The notes under the pieces were generated by a model. That model was not told the DNA's origin, did no database searches, and saw only the letters and a program-made list of their open reading frames with translations. Below, in pieces: positions 42,864 to 53,864 of a stretch of DNA of 64,000 nucleotides (within the stretch, counting starts at the first letter, position 1; the number at the start of each line of letters is the position of its first letter). Source of the stretch: an uncultured delta proteobacterium. Lineage in GTDB: Bacteria > Myxococcota_A > Polyangia > Polyangiales > Polyangiaceae. Location of the stretch: assembly GCA_963806225.1 (NCBI GenBank), contig CAWDXG010000004.1, forward strand, positions 5,568,001 to 5,632,000, given 5' to 3'. A program made the position numbers and the translations under genes.

Positions 42864-44375
42864 ATGACGATGGCTTGTTTGTATCGACGTGGAACCATGC
42901 TGCTCGCCGCCGCCGCCGCCGCCGCGCTCGCGGCAGCCGTCGCCTGCAGCGGAGGCGGATTGCCGGCCACGAGCGGCAGGGGAGCAGTGCGGCGGCGGCG
43001 CGGCGACCGGAGGCGTCGAACGGTGCAGGCGGCACGGGACGGTGGCGCAGGCGCAAGCGCTGGAAGCGGAATGCTCGTCACCGTCTGCGGCGGCAAGTGC
43101 GTCGACACGCAGACGGACAACGCGAACTGCGGCGCGTGCGGCACCGCCTGCGCCCAGCCCACCACCTGCCAGGCCGGCGCGTGCAAGCCGGTGCCCGGCG
43201 CCTTTGGTGGCGCGTGCACCAAGAACGGCGACTGCACCTCCCAGCTCTGCCTGCAGAGCGGCCACTGCTCGAAGAAATGCGCGAGCGCGAGCGACTGTCC
43301 ACCGCCCCGAGTGGACCTGCGCGCCGCTGCCCGGCTACCCACAGATGTGCCAGTGCACGCCCACCGGCAAGGAAGTCTGCGACGGCCAGGACAACGACTG
43401 CGACGGCCTGGTCGACAACGGCGCGACCTGCTCGCAGACGGGCTACACCTGCCAGAACGGCGCCTGCGCCTGCGCGCCCGGAAATCTCTGCGGCACGACC
43501 TGCGTCGACAAGCAGACCGACGTGAACAACTGCGGCGGCTGCGGGAAGAAGTGCGCGACCGGGGCGAGCTGCCAGGGCGGGACCTGCACCTGCCCCAACA
43601 ACGGTACGGTCTGCAGCGGCGCGTGCGTGGACACGGGCACCGACGCGAACAACTGCGGGACCTGTGGAAGCAGTGCGCCGCGCCCACGTCGGCGTGCATC
43701 GGCGGCAAGTGTAGCTGTCCCGGTGGCGGTATCGTGTGCGGCGGCTCCTGCGTGGACCTCCAGACGGCCGTGAACAACGCGGGGTGTGCGGGAAGCACTG
43801 CGCGCCGGGCGAAGCGCGGCACCGCTGGTAGTGCACGTGTCCGAACAGCACCGTGCTGTGCGGCGCGTCATGCGTCGATCCCAAGACAGACGCAAAGAAC
43901 CGGAGGAGCGGCACGGTGCGAACGGGTGGGTTCTGGAGGAAGGGCAGCGCAGCAGGATGGGCCGCTTGGCCAATGCCGAATCCAGTTGGCGCGGGGCTAC
44001 CAAACCCGGCGAGCTACGACACGACGACACCTGGCGTGGTGCTCGACAATGTCACCGGACTGATGTGGGAGCGTGCTGTCGGACTGGGCAGCCACACCTG
44101 GGCGGACGCGAACGCCTACTGTGGAGGCCTTATGCTTGCGGGGCGCAACGACTGGCGCCTCCCCACCGAAATCGAGCTCTTGTCCCTCGTCGACTACACG
44201 AAGTCCAAACCTGCTATCGACCCGACCAGTTTCCCGAACACGCCGGCGGGGGCATTCTGGTCGTCAACACCGTTCCGTCCAACCATCCGAATGATCCTGA
44301 CCGTCAATTTCAGGCTATGGCGGCACGAGCAGCATCGACGTGTCGGGTACTCACCGTGTGCGTTGTGTGCGTTGA
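42864..44375 (+). CDS. Putative DGR target 1: Cys-rich repeat lipoprotein with C-terminal DUF1566/Lcl (CLec-type) domain, several frameshifts
   Basis: Lipobox AVAC; CVDxxTDxxNCGxCG repeats and EVCDGQDNDCDGLVD across ORFs 42864/42889/43853; then VLDNVTGLMWE...TWADANAYC...DWRLPTEIELLSL...FWSST; true end GYGGTSSIDVSGTHRVRCVR* (TGA 44373-44375). Confidence 0.75.
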
Positions 44376-44407
44376 GGATGGGTTTTTCGATGTTTCGGCC
44401 TTTTCGA
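44255..44407 (+). repeat. Putative variable repeat VR1 plus conserved post-stop T-rich tail
   Basis: From TTC TGG to GTGCGTTGTGTGCGTTGA, then GGATGGGTTTTTCGATGTTTCGGCCTTTTCGA, which matches the tail after target 2 at 28/32 positions. Confidence 0.65.
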
Positions 44408-44420
44408 TTTTCCGGTGATG

Positions 44421-44825
44421 ATGCCCACGTGATGACGAGGTCCGGCGCATCTTCGGCGCCGCCATGGACGCGGCGGTGCGCGTGGACCGGGCGGTGCAGC
44501 GCTTTCCGAAGGGTCACAAGTACGCCCTCGGCAAGAAGCTGCGCGATGCTTCCGCCGACATCATCGTGCTCGTGGCGCGCGCCAACCGGCGCGCCGGGCG
44601 CGCGCAGTCGCGCGCGGCGCGGTGCGACCGCGTCGAGGATCGGAAGCAGATCCTGCAATTGGGAAAGGAGGTGCGCGCGTTTCAATCTTTCAGGGATTGG
44701 CGGAGGTCATGGAGCAGGTGGTGGCGCTCGCCCGGCAGGTCGAAGACTGGCGTCGCGCAACAACGAGTGCCTCGAACACAACACGGCCGGAGCCGGAACG
44801 TTCTGCTCCTCGAGGGCAGCCGTGA
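44421..44825 (+). CDS. avd: Four-helix-bundle protein, Avd-like DGR accessory variability determinant (frameshifted)
   Basis: RIFGAAMDAAVRVDRAVQRFPKGHKYALGKKLR...VARAN...VED...LQLGKEVRAF (ORF 44464), continuing EVMEQVVALARQVEDWRR (ORF 44622); matches the Avd/23S-IVP pattern FPKxxKYxLG...QxxGW. Start is approximate. Confidence 0.75.
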
Positions 44826-44930
44826 CCGTGAGTGCCAAGCATTCAACCCGTGCGCTCCGTCCGCCCGGTGGTCGAGGCCGGCCAGCGGCGCATCTCAAGG
44901 CGCGCGCCGGCTAGCGGCGTCGGGTCTCGG

Positions 44931-46569
<1,639 letters not shown>

Positions 46570-46612
46570 AGTATGTTTTCGAGCCGATCGCTAGCTAGAG
46601 TCTGGAGGAGTC

Positions 46613-47099
46613 ATGAGTGATCGAACGTAAAGTTAGATACGGTCTTCGTCGCAGGCTTCAACTGGGCGGTCCGCGCCCTCGGCGCTGTCAGCTGATCTGT
46701 CTGGCGGTATACGACGCGGGCCACTGCGCCCCCGGGCCGATACTCAATCGCCAATGGTACCGTCACCGACAAGGACACGAAGTTGGTCTGGCAGCAAGCG
46801 GCGGATGGAGGTTCGTGGACCTGGAGCGATGCCAAGAGCTACTGTGCGAGCCTCGCGCTCGACGGGGGCGGCTGGCGCGTGCCGAGCGTCAAGGAGTTGA
46901 TGACGCTGGTCGACTTCAACGCCACCGCTGAGCCAGCCATGAATCTCACGGCGTTTCCATCTGCACTCGCGGATGCGCGCTGGTCATCCTCTCTGGTGGC
47001 CGGTTCCTCCCGTCCTGGCCTGGTACGTCATCTTCTCCGTTGGCTGGGCGCGAACGCTGGCACGGCCCCGACACGCACGCTGTTCGTTGTGTGCGCTGA
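46613..47099 (+). CDS. Putative DGR target 2: small secreted DUF1566/Lcl-domain protein (frameshifted)
   Basis: GGAGGAG RBS before ATG 46613; APPGRYSIANGTVTDKDTKLVWQQ...TWSDAKSYC...GWRVPSVKELMTL...WSSS, AWYVIFSVG, ending DTHAVRCVR* (TGA 47097-47099). Confidence 0.75.
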
Positions 47100-47144
47100 G
47101 GACGGGTTTTTCGATGTTTTGACATTTTCGACAATTCAATTGTC
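46978..47144 (+). repeat. Putative variable repeat VR2 plus T-rich tail and short palindrome
   Basis: From CGC TGG to GTTCGTTGTGTGCGCTGA, then GGACGGGTTTTTCGATGTTTTGACATTTTCGA and palindrome GACAATT-C-AATTGTC (47130-47144). Confidence 0.65.
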
Positions 47145-47238
47145 ATTCCTGCAGCGAGCTGGGCGGGGGGCGGCTTGCGCGCAGGACCGGCGCCTGGAGC
47201 GGCCGCGCCGACGCGGGCTTGCAAGGTGGCGCCTGGGA

Positions 47239-47263
47239 CCTACTCCTACACGTAAGCGTAAGG
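47239..47263 (+). promoter_or_regulatory. Imperfect inverted repeat, candidate TA autorepression operator
   Basis: CCTAC-TCCTAC-AC-GTAAGC-GTAAGG immediately before the RBS of the AbrB-type antitoxin. Confidence 0.4.
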
Positions 47264-47271
47264 AGCGAGCC

Positions 47272-47505
47272 GTGCGCATCACGTCCAAGGGGCAGGTAAC
47301 CATCCTGGTGGAAATTCGCGAGCGGGCGGGTCTGCTGCCGCAGACGGAAGTGGAATTCGAGTTCGACGGCAAGGCCGTGCGTATCGTACGCGCGAAGACC
47401 GGCAAGCGAAGCGGGCGCGGGGCTGGTGTCGTCGCCGACCTGCGGGGTCGCGGCGACGTTGCGATGAGCACCGATGAGCTCATGGCCCTTACCCGCGGCG
47501 ACTGA
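47272..47505 (+). CDS. AbrB/MazE/SpoVT-family antitoxin (VapB-like)
   Basis: (V)RITSKGQVTI..EIRERAGL..TEVEF...STDELMALTRG; AAGGAG RBS. Confidence 0.85.
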   Translation: MRITSKGQVTILVEIRERAGLLPQTEVEFEFDGKAVRIVRAKTGKRSGRGAGVVADLRGRGDVAMSTDELMALTRGD

Positions 47506-47860
47506 ATGAGCGCCGTACTCGTCGACGCCAACGTCCTTCTCGACGTGATGACGGAGGACTCCGATTGGATTCGAGTGGTCAGCACAAGTCCTCACGCACG
47601 CCGCCGACCGCCACCGCCTCGTCGCGTACCTCTCCGGGCACGACGGGAAGGAACTTGTCGCCTACGGAGATCGCCTGGGGAACCGCACCGTGTTCAAGCG
47701 GCTTGGATACCCGAGGGCGCATGGCGCAAACCGCCTCGAGGTTGCAATCGACTACCGCGCCGAGAACGGTTGCGCTTGTCGGCCGCGAAGCGGCGCGGAA
47801 TGCGCACGATCCGCTTGCGCGACGGGTGGCGGCGCCAGTGGCGGCAGGTGGCGGCCGCCA
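47506..47860 (+). pseudogene. Truncated PIN/VapC toxin joined to an AbiEi-antitoxin-like C-terminal fragment
   Basis: MSAVLVDANVLLDV..ED..W then (shifted frame) FEWSAQVL..AADRHRLV, switching abruptly to ELVAYGDRLGNRTVFKRLGY. Confidence 0.55.
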
Positions 47861-48172
47861 CGCCGGCAACGCGCGGGTGCCATCTGCGCGCTTGCGCCCG
47901 ATTTCGATGGGTCGAATCAGTTTGCGCCACCGCCGGTCGCGCTCCGCGTTCGCGGCAACGCCATCATGGTCTCCGCCGTGAGGCGGATTCGCGCCCTGTC
48001 CATGCGTCGTGGTTCCGCCGGATGAGCTGAACGCACACGTGCGCTCGACGATGCCTGGGCCCGCGTTCCGGAACGCTGGACGCAGGGTCCCAGTGTTGCT
48101 GGACGCGCGACGCCCGGATCGCGATAATCGATCGAGACTGCGCCCCGATCCACGGGCGCACAGAGGGACCCC

Positions 48173-49289
48173 ATGCCGCGATCGGCCGTCCACCCCGTTG
48201 TCGCCTATTCCGCCCGCGCGCGGGCGAAGCTCACACCGGCGGAGCTCAGCAGGGTGGCCGATGTGGAGGCGGAGCTTTCGGTGGTGCGGGTCGGCGCGGA
48301 AGCGGGTGGGGTCGAGAGCATGCTCGGGCCGCTGCAGCGGCTGCTGGAGGCGGACTCGGCGGGGGCATATGCGCCGTCTCGCGATGGGGAAGGCTGGTCG
48401 CTGACGTTCGGGCGCTTCACGGGGGTCGCCGAGAGCGGCCCCACGCACCTGGAAGCGTTCATGCGTCGGGGCGCTGTGTGGCGGCCGGCGTACGACATGG
48501 ACCGCCCGGACCCGAAGCAGTGGAACAGGGCGCTGCGCCCGCTGCTGCTGTTGGACATGGAGGAATGGCGCGCGTCGAGCATGTGGCACGAGGTGATGCT
48601 ACCGGCGGGCGTCTCGGACCACGACCAGCTCCGCGTACTCGTCTGCGACGGTCCCGCTCTGCTCGGCTGGGTGGGCGGCTTCCGCGAGGAGCCGTTCACG
48701 CGGCGCGAGCAGCGGCGGCTGGCGGCGCTTTCGGCGGCGCTGCTGCGGCGCTTGCGCGTGGAGCGGCGGCTGCACGACGCGGCGCTGATGGAGGCCGGGC
48801 TCGAGGCGGCGCTCGGGGCGATTGCTGCGCCGGCGTTCATCTGCGGGGCAATCGCATCGCGCTGCGAAAGTCACGGCCGCGCGGCGTTCGACAAGTGAGC
48901 AGTCGCTCGCTGGCGACCTGGCCGAAGGCACGGCCGCCGGCTTCGAGTCGACGCCGATCGCGGTGCGTGGCGAGCCCGCGGCGCGGCTGGTGATCCGGAG
49001 CGCGCCGCATCGCGACCTCGGCGCGCGCGTCATCGCGGCGTCGCGCGACTGGCAGCTCACGCCGCGTCAGACCGAGGTGCTGGCGCTGCTTGCCGAGGGT
49101 GACAGCAAGAAGCTCATCGCCGCCAAGCTCGCCTGCGCGCTGCGCACCGCGGAGGTCCATGTGACGGCGCTCCTGCGCAAGGCGGGCTCTGCGACGCGCG
49201 CGGAGCTGATAGCGCGGCTGACACGGCTCGGTAGTGCGCCAGAGCCGTCAGCGGCGCTGGCGCGCGCTACGCGTCGAGCTCCTGGATGA
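48173..49289 (+). CDS. LuxR-family HTH regulator, copy 1 (frameshifted ~48840-48900)
   Basis: ORFs 48173..48898 and 48822..49289; LTPRQTEVLALLAEGDSKKLIAAKL...TAEVHVTALLRK; near-identical to 50712..51776. Confidence 0.8.
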
Positions 49290-49590
49290 GCTTCTCCGTT
49301 GCGGCGCAGGCGAGAGAGCTGGCTTCCGCGAGTACACGCGCACGCAGATACGGCGAGAGCCCATTTTCGGTGACGACATCGACCGGCAAGCGAAGCAGAT
49401 CCTCCAGGTCCTGCTTGATGGCGACCAGATCGAGCAGGCTCCGTCCCGGCTCCAGCGTCACGAGCAAGTCGAGATCGCTGTCCGGCCTCGCCTCGCCGCG
49501 CGCGCGCGATCCGAACACGCGCACCGTCCGCGCCCCGTTCGCATGTGCGATGCGCAGGATATCCTCGACGGGCAGCCCCGGAAGCGTCAC
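49267..49590 (-). CDS. Minimal nucleotidyltransferase (MntA-like antitoxin), no HEPN partner directly downstream
   Basis: VRVFGSRARGEARPDSDLDLLV...LEDLLRLPVDVVT. Confidence 0.85.
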   Translation of the reverse strand: MTLPGLPVEDILRIAHANGARTVRVFGSRARGEARPDSDLDLLVTLEPGRSLLDLVAIKQDLEDLLRLPVDVVTENGLSPYLRARVLAEASSLACAATEKLIQELDA

Positions 49591-49726
49591 AACGACATCG
49601 TACGCCGCGCGCGGTCGCTCGGCAAAGGCGGCAGCGGACACCTCCTCGCCTTGCGGACCTGAGGCCGCTCTGGCCGTGCTCCAGCGTCCGGCACCGCCCG
49701 CAGCCGTCCTGCGCTATGCTGTGCGC

Positions 49727-50080
49727 GTGGAGCCCGGACCCTATCTCGCCTCGCTTCGCGCTCGCGATCGACAGATCCGCGAAGCGCGGCGCGAGCGTGC
49801 GCGAGAGGTGCGCGAGAGGCTTCCCGCGCTGGTGCGCGAGCTTTCGGAGGGCTTCGGTGTGCGGCGCGTCGTGCTATTCGGTTCGCTGCTCACGGGCGAG
49901 CTGTACGAACGCTCGGACATCGATCTTGCGGTCGAAGGACTCTCGCCGGATGAGTACTGGCGCGCGCTCGACGCGGCCTGCGTCGCTCTGGGTGTGCCCG
50001 TCGATCTGGTCCGGCTGGAGGAAGCGCCGGCCAGTCTGGCGGATCGCATTGCGCGGGAAGGCGAGGCGCTGCATGCCTGA
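49727..50080 (+). CDS. Minimal nucleotidyltransferase (MNT antitoxin)
   Basis: VVLFGSL...RSDIDLAVEGL...VDLVRLE. Confidence 0.85.
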   Translation: MEPGPYLASLRARDRQIREARRERAREVRERLPALVRELSEGFGVRRVVLFGSLLTGELYERSDIDLAVEGLSPDEYWRALDAACVALGVPVDLVRLEEAPASLADRIAREGEALHA

Positions 50081-50582
50081 AGCATCCGACATGCGTGGCC
50101 GGTTGGCGCGACTGGCGTCCGAGCTCGCCGCGGATCGGGAGGCCATTCTGCGGCTTGGTCGCGACACTGCGGCGTGCGCCGGCTCGGTCACGCCCGCGAC
50201 GACGGACCCCGCCGCGCTCGCTCTGCTCGCCGTCGACATCCACCGCTGGTACACAGGTCTCGAGAGTGCGCTGGAGCGCATAGAACGCACGTTCGGTTCG
50301 CTGCCGAGCGGCGGTGACTGGCACCTGGAGCTGCTCGCCGGCGCTTCTCTCGACATCGCGGGCGTGCGGCCGCCCATCCTGCCCGCCAAGCTCAACCCGT
50401 CGTTGCGGGAAGTGCTGCGGTTCCGGCACTTCTTCCGGCATGCCTACGCAGTGGAGCTCGACGCGCGGAAGCTGCTCGGGGTCGCTTCGCATGTGGTCGG
50501 CGCCCATGGAGCTGTCGACGCGGCGCTGGCGGACTTCGCGGAGTTCGTGTCGCGTGCGGCGGCGGCGCTCGACGCGCCCTGA
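50073..50582 (+). CDS. HEPN/HepT-like RNase toxin
   Basis: HRWYTGLE..LERI, GGDWHLELL, VRPP, FRHFFRHAY (Rx4H-Y); overlaps the MNT gene. Confidence 0.85.
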   Translation: MPEASDMRGRLARLASELAADREAILRLGRDTAACAGSVTPATTDPAALALLAVDIHRWYTGLESALERIERTFGSLPSGGDWHLELLAGASLDIAGVRPPILPAKLNPSLREVLRFRHFFRHAYAVELDARKLLGVASHVVGAHGAVDAALADFAEFVSRAAAALDAP

Positions 50583-50711
50583 GCCAAGCGCCGGCACCGG
50601 TCCCGAGCCGGCGGAGAAGCGTCCCTTCCCCACGGCGCTAGACCTTCGCCACCCGGAGCGTGATAATGGACCGGACTTGGCTCGCATCGCGGCGAGCGCA
50701 TCGAGGACCCC

Positions 50712-51776
50712 ATGCCGCGTCCCCCCGTCCACCCCGTTGTCGCCTATTCCGCCCGCGCGCGGGCGAAGCTCGTGCCGGCGGAGCTCAGCAGGGTGGCCGA
50801 TGTGGAGGCGGAGCTTTCGGTGGTGCGGGTCGGCGCGGAAGCGGGTGGGGTCGAGAGCATGCTCGGGCCGCTGCAGCGGCTGCTGGAGGCGGACTCGGCG
50901 GGGGCATATGCGCCGTCTCGCGATGGGGAAGGCTGGTCGCTGACGTTCGGGCGCTTCACGGGGGTCGCCGAGAGCGGCCCCACGCACCTGGAAGCGTTCA
51001 TGCGTCGGGGCGCTGTGTGGCGGCCGGCGTACGACATGGACCGCCCGGACCCGAAGCAGTGGAACAGGGCGCTGCGCCCGCTGCTGCTGTTGGACATGGA
51101 GGAATGGCGCGCGTCGAGCATGTGGCACGAGGTGATGCTACCGGCGGGCGTCTCGGACCACGACCAGCTCCGCGTACTCGTCTGCGACGGTCCCGCTCTG
51201 CTCGGCTGGGTGGGCGGCTTCCGCGAGGAGCCGTTCACGCGGCGCGAGCAGCGGCGGCTGGCGGCGCTTTCGGCGGCGCTGCTGCGGCGCTTGCGCGTGG
51301 AGCGGCGGCTGCACGACGCGGCGCTGATGGAGGCCGGGCTCGAGGCGGCGCTCGGGGCGATCGCTGCGCCGGCGTTCATCGTGCGGGGCAACCGCATCGC
51401 GTTTGCGAACGACAACGGCCGCGCGGCGTTCGACACGGAGCCGTCGCTCGCTGGCGACCTGGCCGAAGGCACGGCCGCCGGCTTCGAGTCGACGCCGATC
51501 GCGGTGCGTGGCGAGCCCGCGGCGCGGCTGGTGATCCGGAGCGCGCCGCATCGCGACCTCGGCGCGCGCGTGATGGCGGCGTCGCGCGACTGGAAGCTCA
51601 CGCCGCGACAGACCGACGTGCTCGCGCTGGTGGCCGCGGCCGAGAGCAACAAGCTCATCGCCGCCAAGCTCGGCTGCGCGCTGCGCACCGCGGAGGTCCA
51701 TGTGACGGCGCTCCTGCGCAAGGCGGGCTCTGCGACGCGGACGGAGCTGGTGGCGCGGTTGATGCTGCTGGAATAG
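50712..51776 (+). CDS. LuxR-family HTH regulator, copy 2 (intact)
   Basis: 354-aa ORF with C-terminal LTPRQ..VL...ESNKLIAAKLGCALRTAEVHV. Confidence 0.88.
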   Translation: MPRPPVHPVVAYSARARAKLVPAELSRVADVEAELSVVRVGAEAGGVESMLGPLQRLLEADSAGAYAPSRDGEGWSLTFGRFTGVAESGPTHLEAFMRRGAVWRPAYDMDRPDPKQWNRALRPLLLLDMEEWRASSMWHEVMLPAGVSDHDQLRVLVCDGPALLGWVGGFREEPFTRREQRRLAALSAALLRRLRVERRLHDAALMEAGLEAALGAIAAPAFIVRGNRIAFANDNGRAAFDTEPSLAGDLAEGTAAGFESTPIAVRGEPAARLVIRSAPHRDLGARVMAASRDWKLTPRQTDVLALVAAAESNKLIAAKLGCALRTAEVHVTALLRKAGSATRTELVARLMLLE

Positions 51777-51901
51777 GCGCTGCGCCTTGAGCCCATCCGT
51801 CGCGCAACCAGCGCTGCGGGACACCTCGAGCGAGATGACCAACGCGCCCCGCGCCGCCCCCCCGTACGGCGCGGTATGGCCTTGCGGGCTCGCCTGGTTG
51901 G

Positions 51902-52942
51902 CTAGCGCGATCGCGCCGCCCGCACGATCTCCGGGAGCTTCGGTGCCGCCTGCACGACAACCGAGTGCGCCGCGATCGTCGTGGACTCGGCCGCTCGCGT
52001 CATCTCGCTTGGCAGCTGACCCGGGCTCGAGAGTGGGCTCGCCCGAGTGCCTGTGGAACCCGCCGACGGATCCCCCGTCGCCGCTCCGCATCCGATCATC
52101 AGCGACGCGGCCGCGACGGCCAGGATCACGCCTCCGAGGCGCGATCGATTGCGGCGCCGTCCGAAGCCCACGAGCGCTACGCCGCAGAGCACCAGGAGCC
52201 ACGCCGAGCCGCTGTCTCGCCCGGGCGCTCCGGACACGCTGCAGCCGCTGCTGCTGTTCGAGTCCTGGCTTCCGCCGGATTGGTAGCCCGTCGTGCCGCT
52301 CGGGGTGCCGCCGCCGACCGTGCCGGTCGAACACGACGAGGAGCTCGAGCACATGCCGTTCGGGCAGCAGTACGGATGGGCGTTGTCGCAGCAATGCCCG
52401 TCGCCACAGTCGACGGGGTAGTCGGCCGGGCATGTCGCCGCGCAGGAGCTGCTCGTGGAGCACTGGCCACCAGGGCAGCAGTACGGATGGCTGGTGTCGC
52501 AGCAGTAGCCGTTCCCGCAGTCGTTCGGGTAGTCGCTCGGGCAGGTCCCGCCGCTACCATTTCCGCCACCGCCGCTCCCGCCGCCACAGGAGCCTGTGCT
52601 CGAGCAGGTTCCGTCGCTGCAGCAGTACGGATGGCTGCTGTCGCAGCACTTGCCGTTCCCGCAGTCCACGGGATAGCCGGAGGGGCAGGTGTTGCCGCCA
52701 CCACCGCCACCACCGCCACCACTGTTGCAGGAACCGGAAGAGCACAGCCCGCCACCGCAGCATGTCGGATGAGCACTGTCACAACAGTAGCCGTCCCCGC
52801 AGTTGATCGGATATCCGGCGGGACAGGATTGTGCCTGTGCCTTTCGCGCTACGAGGAGCGCGCACAGCACGACGGCGGCCATCGCGGACAGACGCAGAAG
52901 CCGCAGGCTATTTCGAGCAACGCTTGTTCTACTACCACCCAT
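51902..52942 (-). CDS. Secreted Cys-rich repeat protein with MYXO-CTERM-like motif
   Basis: GGAGG RBS, signal peptide, four CPxxYPxxCGxGxCCDxxHPxCC repeats, SSSGCSVSG...WLLVLCGVALVGFGRRR. Confidence 0.75.
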   Translation of the reverse strand: MGGSRTSVARNSLRLLRLSAMAAVVLCALLVARKAQAQSCPAGYPINCGDGYCCDSAHPTCCGGGLCSSGSCNSGGGGGGGGGNTCPSGYPVDCGNGKCCDSSHPYCCSDGTCSSTGSCGGGSGGGGNGSGGTCPSDYPNDCGNGYCCDTSHPYCCPGGQCSTSSSCAATCPADYPVDCGDGHCCDNAHPYCCPNGMCSSSSSCSTGTVGGGTPSGTTGYQSGGSQDSNSSSGCSVSGAPGRDSGSAWLLVLCGVALVGFGRRRNRSRLGGVILAVAAASLMIGCGAATGDPSAGSTGTRASPLSSPGQLPSEMTRAAESTTIAAHSVVVQAAPKLPEIVRAARSR

Positions 52943-53142
52943 TGTCTTCCTCCTTGTCCCGGGTCCGGCTGGAAACGCCCAGCGCGTCTCCTGGCCAAAT
53001 GGGGTCAGGGTGAGAGTCACAACAGGCATTGAATCAATCAATACGGGATGCCCGCTACGTAGCAACCGCAGCTGTGCGTTCTGGGGGGCCTAGAGATTCT
53101 CTCCGCCGAAGTAGTAGGTGAGCGCGAGCGAACCGGTCGTCA

Positions 53143-53493
53143 GACCCGGAACTCCGCCGCCACCTCGCCCGCGAGCTCGCGGAAGGGACGGCGGCGGGCT
53201 TCGAGACGACGCCGATCGCCGTCAGGGGCGAGCCCGCGACAAAGCTCGTGATCCGGAGCGCGCCCACGCGCGACCTCGGTGCGCGCGTTCTGGCGGCGGC
53301 GCGCGAGTGGAAGCTCACGCCGCGGCAGGCCCAGGTGCTCGCGTTCGTCGCCGTGGGCGAGAGCAACAAGCTCATCGCCGCCAAGCTCGGCTGCGCGCTG
53401 CGCACCGCGGAGGTCCATGTGACGGCGCTCTTGCGCAAGGCGGGCTGCGCGTCGCGGACGGAGCTGGCGGCGCGCCTTGGAAAGGTGGGGTAG
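53143..53493 (+). pseudogene. 5'-truncated LuxR paralogue (copy 3)
   Basis: LAEGTAAGFETTPIAVRGEP...LTPRQAQVL...ESNKLIAAKLGCALRTAEVHV; N-terminal ~235 aa missing. Confidence 0.8.
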
Positions 53494-53864
53494 GCGTCGG
53501 CTTCGCCAAGCTGCCGGCAGCAGCGGCGCGGCTAGGCCAGCACTTTCTTCACCCGCGCCGCTCGTGCCGAAGTCGGTCGAGTACACGCTGGGGGCTGGCG
53601 CTGCAGGACGCTGCATAGCGGTTTCCACGTATTGTGATCTTTGCGCTCGCGTGTACCGTGGAGAGTGCTGTCTCTCATCCGACGAGCGACGGCGCGAACG
53701 GGCGTGACAGCGTCAACTCGAAATCCGATGGGACAGGTGCCGGAGAGCCCCGCTGGCAGAATCCCGGCAGCTGGATGCTGTATGGGGTCAGCTGGGGGGC
53801 GGCGTGCTGACCGCTCCGATTCCAGCGTGACGTCAGCCCGCACCAGCGAGCCCGGAGGAGATCT

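Noticed and set aside
46783..47505. DUF1566-AbrB fusion protein in the ORF track
   Set aside because: Read-through caused by indels in VR2; the DUF1566 gene ends at VRCVR* (47099) and the antitoxin has its own RBS and GTG.
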